Positions 6,512 to 15,063 of a stretch of 27,304 nucleotides of DNA are shown piece by piece. A program made the translations under genes and the position numbers. Source of the DNA: Pseudomonadota bacterium. Lineage in GTDB: Bacteria; UBA10199; 2-02-FULL-44-16; JBDRGF01. The number at the start of each line of letters is the position of its first letter. Position 1 is the first letter of the stretch. A model generated the notes under the pieces. That model ran no database searches, was not told where the DNA came from, and worked only from the letters and a program-made list of their open reading frames with translations. The DNA lies in the NCBI GenBank assembly GCA_043818055.1, contig JBDRGF010000042.1, forward strand, positions 1 to 27,304. Reading direction: 5' to 3'.

Positions 6512-8773
6512 ATGATTAAGCTTCAAAGGCATTTGTCATTTTTTTTAGCGTTGGTTTCGTTTATTGGCATTTTAGTGACGTCTTTTGTTATCGTGTATTA
6601 TTCCAAAATCCGTTTGTATGATGAATATTATAAATCAGCAATATCTCAGACTGATCGTGAGGTGTTAAATTTAAAAGAATATTTAACTCTTTATGAATAC
6701 TCAGAAATTATGAAGAGATACAGTAAGGATTTGCATATTCCTAATCTTATACAACTTACTGTATATGATGATGAGGATAGGATTATCGTAAAATGGAATA
6801 AAAGAAATAATATTGCAACTAATGTTAAGAATTATGATTCTATTCAACGAAAGATTAGTGCGTCTCAGAATACAGATAAAATAGTTGGTAGATTGTTAAT
6901 GGTATTTTCCCCCGAGCTGATTAATGATTTGTTTATTAAAGGTACTGCTTTGATAATACTATCAGGAATTATAATTGCCCTATGTGTAATAGTTATAGTG
7001 ATGAAAATTATCCATAAAACTATTGTTCCAATTAACAATATTACTGATAGAATGCGTAACTATGATCCTGACAGCAAAGAAGCTTTATTAACAATTACAG
7101 ATTCACGAATTTATGAGTTTAATATTTTATATTCCTCATTTAGAGAAATGGACAATGCAATAAAGAAACACCAGAGTATTGCTAGAGAGAATGCTGGTCT
7201 TGCTGCAATAGGGCAAACAACTTCTATGCTAGCCCATGATGTTCGTAAACCTTTTTCCATTTTGAAAGCTATATTGGACTCAGCTGATCATTATTTATCC
7301 AATTCCAACGACCTGGAAGAAGCTAAGCTCTCATTAGAGAAATCAATCAAACAAGTGGAAACAATGATAAATGACATAATGGATTTTTCGAGGGAGGAAA
7401 AACTCGATTCGAGTCCCACTTCAATAGTGCCGGTATTTGATTTTTCCATTAGACAGGCATCACAGCATTTTCAAGATTCTGATATTGATTTCATCTTCAA
7501 TATTTCCAATAGCTATAAGCCGATGATAGATGATGAAAGGATCTCAAGAGTCTTTGTGAATATTATATCTAATGGAATAGAAGCAATACTTCAAATAGGT
7601 GAAGTAAAATCAGGAACAATTGATATTTCAACTACGGATATTAGTCAAAGTGGAGTGAAATCTATTAGAATTGTGATCGGAAACGATGGTCCTCCGATTG
7701 ATGAAGAAAATATCCCGCACTTATTTGATTCGTTCTTTACTAAGGGAAAGAAAAAGGGGACAGGGATCGGGTTAGCTTCAGCTCTTAAGATAGTCACTTT
7801 GCATGGGGGAACAATATTAGCACAGAATCGTGAAGGCCAAAAGGGTGTTGAATTTATCATTACATTACCTGCTTCAAATGAGGATGATGATTCTGATTCA
7901 TCAATTTTGCCTAAAAATATAGTTGAGACTCAATTTATTAAAACTACCAAGGATGAAACTGAAATTGAGAAGATGATCAAAATGATGTCAGTAGCGAAAC
8001 AGAATATGAAGATATTGCTGCTCGAAGACGAAGCATTGTACAGGGCTTCCGTTAGAAACGCTATCAAGCAATATCATGATTTAGATAATCTTCTAACTTT
8101 GTATGAAGTACAAACAGTTGATGATGCCTTAAAATTATTGCAAACAGAGGATATAACTCACGCAATAGTTGATGTCGATTTGGGAGATGTTAAAAATGGG
8201 TTTGATTTTCTGGCTGTAGCACGGAAAAGCTATCCCTTGCTTCGATGCATGGTTCATTCAAACAGATGTATTGAGGAAGATAAGAAAAGAGCATATATGC
8301 TTGGAGCAAAGGCATTTGTTCCCAAACCACTTAATGTTGAACATCTTGTGGCGTTCTTGCAGGATGAGCACATAGTCTCAAATCGACTGCAAATCGGAAG
8401 CAAATTGACAATCCTGCTAATTAACGATGAACGTGCACTGAATTTAATGGCTAAAAACATGCTGAATGAAGTCTTAAAAATGAAACACAATTATGGTAAT
8501 GAGATTCAGTTCCATATGGCCAGTTCATATAATGAGGCTATTGCTTTGATTAAGGAGATAAACTTTGATTTTATCTTCTGTGATCTTGATTTGGGAAGCT
8601 CTCAAAATGGATATGATGTTCTTAATACTCTTAAAGAATTAAAACGAAAATCCAGATTTTATATCATCTCAGGAACACCGAGAAGCCAAGCGGAGCCGAA
8701 AGCTTTAGAACTCGGTGCTGATGGGTATCTGCAGTTGCCTATAGACCCGAGCGACTTCATTGATATCATTTGA
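6512..8773 (+). CDS. Membrane hybrid sensor histidine kinase (2 TM, periplasmic domain, HAMP-like linker, HisKA, HATPase, two REC domains)
   Basis: H-box MLAHDVRKPF, N-box VNIISNGIEA, G1 NDGPPI, F-box LFDSFFT, G2 GTGIGL. REC1: ILLLEDE...IVDVDL...FVPKP. REC2: ILLINDE...FCDLDL...YLQLP. Confidence 0.93.
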   Translation: MIKLQRHLSFFLALVSFIGILVTSFVIVYYSKIRLYDEYYKSAISQTDREVLNLKEYLTLYEYSEIMKRYSKDLHIPNLIQLTVYDDEDRIIVKWNKRNNIATNVKNYDSIQRKISASQNTDKIVGRLLMVFSPELINDLFIKGTALIILSGIIIALCVIVIVMKIIHKTIVPINNITDRMRNYDPDSKEALLTITDSRIYEFNILYSSFREMDNAIKKHQSIARENAGLAAIGQTTSMLAHDVRKPFSILKAILDSADHYLSNSNDLEEAKLSLEKSIKQVETMINDIMDFSREEKLDSSPTSIVPVFDFSIRQASQHFQDSDIDFIFNISNSYKPMIDDERISRVFVNIISNGIEAILQIGEVKSGTIDISTTDISQSGVKSIRIVIGNDGPPIDEENIPHLFDSFFTKGKKKGTGIGLASALKIVTLHGGTILAQNREGQKGVEFIITLPASNEDDDSDSSILPKNIVETQFIKTTKDETEIEKMIKMMSVAKQNMKILLLEDEALYRASVRNAIKQYHDLDNLLTLYEVQTVDDALKLLQTEDITHAIVDVDLGDVKNGFDFLAVARKSYPLLRCMVHSNRCIEEDKKRAYMLGAKAFVPKPLNVEHLVAFLQDEHIVSNRLQIGSKLTILLINDERALNLMAKNMLNEVLKMKHNYGNEIQFHMASSYNEAIALIKEINFDFIFCDLDLGSSQNGYDVLNTLKELKRKSRFYIISGTPRSQAEPKALELGADGYLQLPIDPSDFIDII

Positions 8774-11700
8774 TTTTTGAATTGGATATCTCTTTAAATT
8801 TATCGAGTAGTACCGGATTATTTCCTGCAAGTTTCTTCAAAAATGGGAGCAGGGATCGCGCCTCGGAATCCCTATTCTGCATTTTCAATGCGTTGAACTT
8901 CCAGTAGCCACTGACAAATTTCAAGGCATGGCTGGCATCAGGCAATTTGGCCATAGCAGAATCGGCCTGATCGATCAAACCGTAAGCCTCGTCGAACTTT
9001 TTCGTATGGATATAGGCCTCAGCCAACCCCAATTCTGCTCTTACCTGCAAATAATCACTGTTTCCCAAGCTCATTGCCGCTTCGAAATATTTTGGAGATT
9101 CGTTGAACTCTCCTTTTTCATTGTAACAGTTGCCTGTGTTAACCCATACGAATTTAGTAACTCTCTCGTGCTCTTCGAAACTGTCGAGGCATGTGCTTGC
9201 GGATAAGCAATGCTGATTCTCAGCGATCGATCTATCGAATTTTTTCGAATCGAAATAACAGGCTGATAAAACTGAATGCACAATGACCAGCCACCTGCCA
9301 TGTGATATTTGTTTAGCCAGATGATAGGCTTCCTGAGCATATTTTACAGCCTCTGAATACTTGGTAACTTTTCTCAAGCCTTCAGCTAATGAGAGACAGG
9401 CCAGCATGATCTTCAATATATTGTTGCTCTTTTTGCACTTATCCAATTCCCATTCCATGGCTTCGATAGCTTCACTAGTTTTCCCCAAAGCTAACAATAT
9501 CTGACCGAGTTCGTTATCGGTAACCAATGCCATGTTCGGATGATGGATTTTCTTTTCCAAATCCCGGCTCCTATTGTAAATCCTTTCAGCGTCCAGAAGA
9601 TACTTGCGGTCTTTGTTTCTCAGTTTGAAATTTATTCTTCCTTCCCAATTCAGGAAATAAATATTGTGAGAAGCGAATCGTTCATTGCCGCTTATTTTTC
9701 GGGCTTGTGAGATTATTTCTTTTGCCTCATCGAATTGCCCGGATTCGACGAAAGAGGGCAGAATCGATGTAAAAAGGCGCAATTTGCAAATATTCGTTTC
9801 TACCTCGTTTAGACCATGTGTCATCACTTCGGATTCATCGTAAAGCTCGAAAGCTTTTCGATATTCTCCTGAACAATAATATACATGTAATAACAACGAT
9901 CGCACATATATGGACAATCTCATCATCTTTGACGGAAGATATGACAGAGCCTTTATTAGCAGCTGTTGAGATAATAATATTTCTCCCTTCGTTGATAAAA
10001 GGCTACGCGCAAGCTTGATCAGACAGGCTAAACCTTTTATATCATGATTTCCGAATCCTGTGTGTAAATACAGTGCATCGCGATACGGTAATGAGCTAAC
10101 ACGTTTCAATTTAAGAAAGCCCGCTATTGCGAGATGATGCATGGTTTTCAATTCATCATTGAGATGGTCATAAATCACATCGGAAAAATATGGATTGTAA
10201 AATGTGTACGTCTTATCTTCCAGTACCTGTTCACTATTATCTATAGGATAGAGCGTGATCTCACTCTCATTCGTATCATCTGAACTGTTATCGTCAAATG
10301 CATGATGTTTCAATATTTGCTTTCGACATAGGCTTGTCAAATGCTGGCTGATACTGAGACCGGGGAAAAAATGACGAAGATCTATGACAGACACCGGAGG
10401 GGACACCCATTTCAAATGCCATACTGATAGTAAATCGATTATTCGTTTTTCAGAGGTATTCAATGCATCATATTGCCTCATGATGCGATTTTCAGTCGTT
10501 TTTGGAGCTTTTTTCCGACTCTTACTTATTTCAGGTGCGTGTGCTTTGAAAAGATGAACATTTCCATCGAGGTCAAATAACAGACCTTCGCTATCGAGTT
10601 GTATCAGCTGTTCGCTTATTTCGCTCGGGATACCTCCCGTTTGGCGCAAAAGAGTACGAATCCATTTCAGTGAAATATCCTGTTTTTTCAGAGCCAGAGT
10701 CGATTTGAGATAGTTGCTTATTCCATCTTCTCCAAAAGGTTTGAGGTCTATCATCTTGAGCGGCAAATCGTTCATTTTTGTGATCGTACCCACGACGTTT
10801 TTCGAAGAACGGATCTGGCAGGGATCGCTTGAAAAACAAAACATAACCGGTTTTAAATGCTCATACAACTGAGGTTGTGATTTTCGTTGGGCTAAACCAT
10901 GAGCCAAGCCAATCAGCGATTTTCGAATCTGCTCGAAACCCGAAGAGGTTTTCCCGTTGCTGCCGAAGAGATGCAAATCATCTATCAATATCAATAAGGG
11001 ATATCTATTTTCATCCAATAGTCTCGCCAACTGGAGGGTCCATGTAAGCGCCCATTCTTCATCGATCGGAAATCTGATCTGGTGCAAAAGCATCTGTCCC
11101 ATCTTCTTTTCGGCGAAATTTCTAATTTCCTGAAGAAAGCAGCTTTTGCCCAGGCCCTTTTCGCCGGAAATGCAATAAACAGAAAAAGGGGAGGGCTGCA
11201 CACCTTTTGCTATGGAACTTATGCTATCGCTGATCTCCCCTATCTCGGATTCACATCCGACAAATTTATCTGGTATCAGATAACAGGATTTGATCTCCTG
11301 GGATTCCATAAAACTATCCGGCAAGCGAGTCTTAAGCGCGTTTATCACAGCTCGTGCCGTTCCGTAAAACCGATCAGAAGGATTGCGCTGCAATAACCTC
11401 ATGACTATTGTGTCCAAATATTCCGGAATATCCGGGCTTCGCGTTTTCAAAGATTTTGGAGATAGTTCGCTTTCGACAATTTGTGCCAGTTTTTTTGGAT
11501 CTTTCTGCCAACCATATCTCTTTTTGAAAGGATACGTATGCGCCAGACAATAGTACATGAGTGCTGCGGCTGAGAAGAGATCGGTAGAAGCGCCTATCTG
11601 ATTTTCCCAGGACAGGATCACTTCCGGAGCGATATACATAGGCGTCCCTAGCATATGTCTTTTATTTGCCGTAATCGCTGTGGCGATTCCGAAATCGATG

Positions 11701-12236
11701 ATCTTGACAACCGGCTTTCCGTCAATTTCTTTGATCAGGACGTTTTCAGGCTTGATATCGCCATGCAATAACCCGCTATCGTGAATAAATTGCAGGCCTT
11801 CGAACAACTGGATGAAGAAGGGGGGCATCGAATCTTCCGAAATTTTCCTCGTATATACAAATATGTCGTATCCTTCGATGTATTCAGAGGTAAAATATAA
11901 GAAATCCTCGAAAAGACCGAATTCATAAACCGAAGCTATATTCGGGTGATTAATACCGAGAAGTTGATGTTGATATTCCTCTTTAAATCGCTCTATGACG
12001 TTCTGGTAATGCTTTGAAAACTTCTCTTCGAGGTGTTCCGAGGTGAGTTTCTCGTTGGCGTGCTTGATTTTGAATGAAGCGAATACAGTTTCCCTATTCA
12101 GAAATTTCAGCGCGACAGGTTTCTTTTGTTCCAAATCGGTGGCTAAATAGACAATGCCAAAACCACCTTGACCGATTTCGCGTTCGATCCGGTTATGTCC
12201 TACTATCGTGCCTGGCAAAATCTCCGTAATATCCAT
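8766..12236 (-). CDS. Hanks-type Ser/Thr protein kinase fused to a P-loop ATPase (STAND/AAA-like) and C-terminal TPR repeats
   Basis: Kinase motifs IGQGGFGIVY, VALK, HGDIKPEN, DFG, GTPMYIAPE and DLFS. Walker A GEKGLGKS, Walker B LLILIDD, TGGIP motif, and a helical TPR-like C-terminus. Overlaps the HK stop convergently by 8 nt. Confidence 0.9.
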   Translation of the reverse strand: MDITEILPGTIVGHNRIEREIGQGGFGIVYLATDLEQKKPVALKFLNRETVFASFKIKHANEKLTSEHLEEKFSKHYQNVIERFKEEYQHQLLGINHPNIASVYEFGLFEDFLYFTSEYIEGYDIFVYTRKISEDSMPPFFIQLFEGLQFIHDSGLLHGDIKPENVLIKEIDGKPVVKIIDFGIATAITANKRHMLGTPMYIAPEVILSWENQIGASTDLFSAAALMYYCLAHTYPFKKRYGWQKDPKKLAQIVESELSPKSLKTRSPDIPEYLDTIVMRLLQRNPSDRFYGTARAVINALKTRLPDSFMESQEIKSCYLIPDKFVGCESEIGEISDSISSIAKGVQPSPFSVYCISGEKGLGKSCFLQEIRNFAEKKMGQMLLHQIRFPIDEEWALTWTLQLARLLDENRYPLLILIDDLHLFGSNGKTSSGFEQIRKSLIGLAHGLAQRKSQPQLYEHLKPVMFCFSSDPCQIRSSKNVVGTITKMNDLPLKMIDLKPFGEDGISNYLKSTLALKKQDISLKWIRTLLRQTGGIPSEISEQLIQLDSEGLLFDLDGNVHLFKAHAPEISKSRKKAPKTTENRIMRQYDALNTSEKRIIDLLSVWHLKWVSPPVSVIDLRHFFPGLSISQHLTSLCRKQILKHHAFDDNSSDDTNESEITLYPIDNSEQVLEDKTYTFYNPYFSDVIYDHLNDELKTMHHLAIAGFLKLKRVSSLPYRDALYLHTGFGNHDIKGLACLIKLARSLLSTKGEILLSQQLLIKALSYLPSKMMRLSIYVRSLLLHVYYCSGEYRKAFELYDESEVMTHGLNEVETNICKLRLFTSILPSFVESGQFDEAKEIISQARKISGNERFASHNIYFLNWEGRINFKLRNKDRKYLLDAERIYNRSRDLEKKIHHPNMALVTDNELGQILLALGKTSEAIEAMEWELDKCKKSNNILKIMLACLSLAEGLRKVTKYSEAVKYAQEAYHLAKQISHGRWLVIVHSVLSACYFDSKKFDRSIAENQHCLSASTCLDSFEEHERVTKFVWVNTGNCYNEKGEFNESPKYFEAAMSLGNSDYLQVRAELGLAEAYIHTKKFDEAYGLIDQADSAMAKLPDASHALKFVSGYWKFNALKMQNRDSEARSLLPFLKKLAGNNPVLLDKFKEISNSKIK

Positions 12237-12266
12237 AAATTAAACAGAAAAAATAAGCTGAAAATT

Positions 12267-13322
12267 CTACCGGTTCGACATGCTTTTGGTAACCGTAGTA
12301 TCACCCAATTTTTTCTTGTTGAGCTCGTCCTGAAACAGCTCCGTGATTTTCTTTGAGACCACACGAGCGCTCTTGAGTGATCTGTTTTCGGGATTCGCTT
12401 TCAATAGAGCCACGATTATATCCTCTAGCTTGTCAATTTTAGCAGCTGCCTCTTTATCACAATCCTTCTGGAGCATCAGAGTATTTCTCTGCGAGGGTTT
12501 CATCTGCTCATGCTCTTTTGTCACTATTTCCTTAAGTTTGCCAATATCGGAAACTTCTTCGCGATCCGGAAATGGATCGGCACGACACATGCAGGAATAA
12601 GCCAAAGCAGCGAAGGAATATAAGTCGGATGTCTCTGAGATTTTACCGGACTCTTGCAAGATCACCTCAGGCGCGGAATATATCGGTGAGCCATATGATT
12701 TAATGGCAACCTCGCCAATATCAACCGCATAGCCATAATCTGTAAGCTTGGTTACCGAGGGATAGGCTGCTTTAACGAAGACCCGTTTTGACTTCAGATT
12801 GAGATGCAATAGGTTTTCGTCATGGATGAAATCGAGCGCTTCGAGTATGGACAAAAATATCGGGATCATTCCGAGTATGCTCATGCCGCATGTGACATCG
12901 AATATCGGAGCCCCGTCCACGTACTCCGTAGTCACTACCGCCTCGCCATTATGATCTATTCCGACATCTATCACTTTCGCGATGTTCGGATGATCGAGCC
13001 CGACAACTCTCGTATGGCGTCTGATGAAATCCTTCAGTTCGTCTTGATATTTGGATTCGGCATTTTTCTTGAACTCAACGCGTATTTCGTCGGTATCGGA
13101 TCCAGATTGAGGAATAAAACCATATTGAACCTCGAATTTCATCTTGTCCAAGCGGGATATGAGCACTTTGTCGTTCGTACGTGTATCAACTGCCAGTTGG
13201 GATTTGGTCCACTTGCTAGGTTCTTCACCTTGAGACAGATCACGAATCACGACGTAATTTTTCAACATTGCGTCCGTGCTTTGAAGCTCCGATGCCATTT
13301 TAGTAGGTTCGATATTTGTCAT
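12267..13322 (-). CDS. Ser/Thr kinase-like protein, probable pseudokinase
   Basis: The kinase fold is retained (LDHPNIAKV, TEYVDG, GSPIYSAPE, SDLYSF). The catalytic loop reads HLNLK (Asp to Asn), the Gly-rich loop is lost, VAxK is replaced by VLIS, and DFG reads DYG. SD GGGGG upstream. Confidence 0.85.
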   Translation of the reverse strand: MTNIEPTKMASELQSTDAMLKNYVVIRDLSQGEEPSKWTKSQLAVDTRTNDKVLISRLDKMKFEVQYGFIPQSGSDTDEIRVEFKKNAESKYQDELKDFIRRHTRVVGLDHPNIAKVIDVGIDHNGEAVVTTEYVDGAPIFDVTCGMSILGMIPIFLSILEALDFIHDENLLHLNLKSKRVFVKAAYPSVTKLTDYGYAVDIGEVAIKSYGSPIYSAPEVILQESGKISETSDLYSFAALAYSCMCRADPFPDREEVSDIGKLKEIVTKEHEQMKPSQRNTLMLQKDCDKEAAAKIDKLEDIIVALLKANPENRSLKSARVVSKKITELFQDELNKKKLGDTTVTKSMSNR

Positions 13323-13468
13323 AATGCCCCCCTTAATGATTTAATTCCTTTATTTTACACTAGGCTGAACAGACTGTCATTAAATTTTCAATGCCTTGTA
13401 ACCTTATATTTTTGCCTATTATGAACCGTTTGACTGTGATTAACAAAGGATTTCTAGCGTTATTTCTT

Positions 13469-13497
13469 TTGCTACGAATGGGCTATTGTAGTATATA
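13469..13497 (+). promoter_or_regulatory. Possible sigma70 promoter for the phosphatase gene
   Basis: TTGCTA (13469-13474), 17-nt spacer, TATATA (13492-13497), 25 nt upstream of the ATG. Weak evidence in AT-rich DNA. Confidence 0.3.
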
Positions 13498-13522
13498 TAC
13501 CCTCTGAAAAAGAGGGGGATAT

Positions 13523-14419
13523 ATGACTACGAAAAAGCCTAAAATACGCTCTTATGCAGCTACGGAGCAATTGGAGAGAAAAGAGAATCAGGATTACTAT
13601 TTTTCCGACGGAAAAAGCAAACTCTACCTTGTCGCAGACGGAATGGGGGGATTCGAGGGTGGGGCATATGCAAGCAAATTTACTTCAGAACTGGCCTCGA
13701 AACTCATCGAGACCATCGACAGCCTCTCTTCTCAGCATTCAGGTCATGATGATACCTTTGTGCCGGAAACTTTCGAAGCAACAGCTGATTATGAAACAAT
13801 CCTGCAAACATTGATCAGGGAGATTCACGACCGGATCATTAGCGAAACTGATAGATTGGCATTCGAAAAGATGGGTTGCACATTAGTTCTGGTACTCTTC
13901 AGAAATTCAAAAGCTTATGTCCTTAACGTGGGCGATTCTCCATGTTATCTATACAGCGAACAAACACTAAGACAGATAACGCGTTCACATTCGAAAGTGG
14001 ATCAGATGGTAAGGGATGGCGAGATTACGAAAGAAGAGGCAAAAATTCACCCCAAAAGAAATGTGGTTACAAGATGTATCGGAGGAGCGAAGGAAAAGGC
14101 CGTGGCTGATATCCACATCATGCCATATTATGAGAACGACCGGTTTTTCCTGTGTACGGATGGGGTGACTAAAGTCCTGACCGATGAACAGATAGAGTCT
14201 TTTTTAAAATACAAAGACCCCAAAGAAGCGATCGATCTGATGATGGGCACTATCAAAGACGCTCCCCCGACTCGTTCATCAACCTCTGGAAAAATAATAG
14301 CAAAAGACAATGCAACTGCGATGATCGTCGATGTGGCCTCTCTGGGAGAAAAGGTCTTGAAAGATGAGAAGAACCCCCCGACAGTAAAACATAATCACAA
14401 GGAAGATACGATTCTGTAA
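13523..14419 (+). CDS. PP2C/PPM-family Ser/Thr protein phosphatase (PrpC/Stp1-like)
   Basis: RKENQD, VADGMGG, MGCT, NVGDS, HPKRNVVTRCIG, LCTDGV and KDNAT motifs. SD GAGGGGG upstream. Confidence 0.93.
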   Translation: MTTKKPKIRSYAATEQLERKENQDYYFSDGKSKLYLVADGMGGFEGGAYASKFTSELASKLIETIDSLSSQHSGHDDTFVPETFEATADYETILQTLIREIHDRIISETDRLAFEKMGCTLVLVLFRNSKAYVLNVGDSPCYLYSEQTLRQITRSHSKVDQMVRDGEITKEEAKIHPKRNVVTRCIGGAKEKAVADIHIMPYYENDRFFLCTDGVTKVLTDEQIESFLKYKDPKEAIDLMMGTIKDAPPTRSSTSGKIIAKDNATAMIVDVASLGEKVLKDEKNPPTVKHNHKEDTIL

Positions 14420-14649
14420 GGCCGATATCAAGGAAATGTAGCTGGTATATTATAAAGAAAGCTGATCGATAAGAGTGGATTTGTTTATAACACACCTGAT
14501 GTCGTATAAGGTATATTATGAGAACCAACATATCCCTATCTATTATATAGCAACAAAATAGCCATTCCTCCTTCACTCCACAATAACTACTTTATTGAAA
14601 TCATAAGTCTTAGCTTGTATGGAATGTAATATTTTGATATCACCCTTTT

Positions 14650-15063
14650 ATGAAAATTGATTTGAAAAAAATACTTTCTGCTTATGGGCAAAATCATCCT
14701 GAGATATCCTTGATATATCTTTTCGGTTCACATGCTTGCTCCAGAGCTATGATCGACAGCGATATCGATGTTGCCATTCTCTTTAAAAACTCTTCATATA
14801 ATGATGATATACTGAAATACATTATTGATCTTTCAAAGGCCTTAAAAACGGATAAGCTTGATTTGGTCATACTCAATAAATCTACCCCGCTTCTATCATT
14901 TCAGGTAATCAGACATGGCAAATGCCTTTACAATATATCAAATGCTTCAAGGGTAAGATTTGAGACTCAAACTCTCAGGGAATACCTTGATCTCACCCAT
15001 ATTTTTGAAATTCAACGTAACTATGTGAAAAAACAAATAAATAAGGGGGAATACTTTGGTTGA
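14650..15063 (+). CDS. mntA: MntA-type minimal nucleotidyltransferase antitoxin (type VII TA)
   Basis: YLFGS-x-SDIDVA motif (GS..DxD), then DLVILN and VIRHGK. Overlaps the downstream HEPN gene by 8 nt. Confidence 0.88.
   Translation: MKIDLKKILSAYGQNHPEISLIYLFGSHACSRAMIDSDIDVAILFKNSSYNDDILKYIIDLSKALKTDKLDLVILNKSTPLLSFQVIRHGKCLYNISNASRVRFETQTLREYLDLTHIFEIQRNYVKKQINKGEYFG

Noticed and set aside
12822..13424. 200-aa + strand ORF
   Set aside because: Antisense shadow of the pseudokinase gene with no recognisable motifs.
14253..14576. 107-aa minus-strand ORF across the PP2C end and the intergenic region
   Set aside because: Overlaps PP2C antisense, has atypical composition and no motifs.
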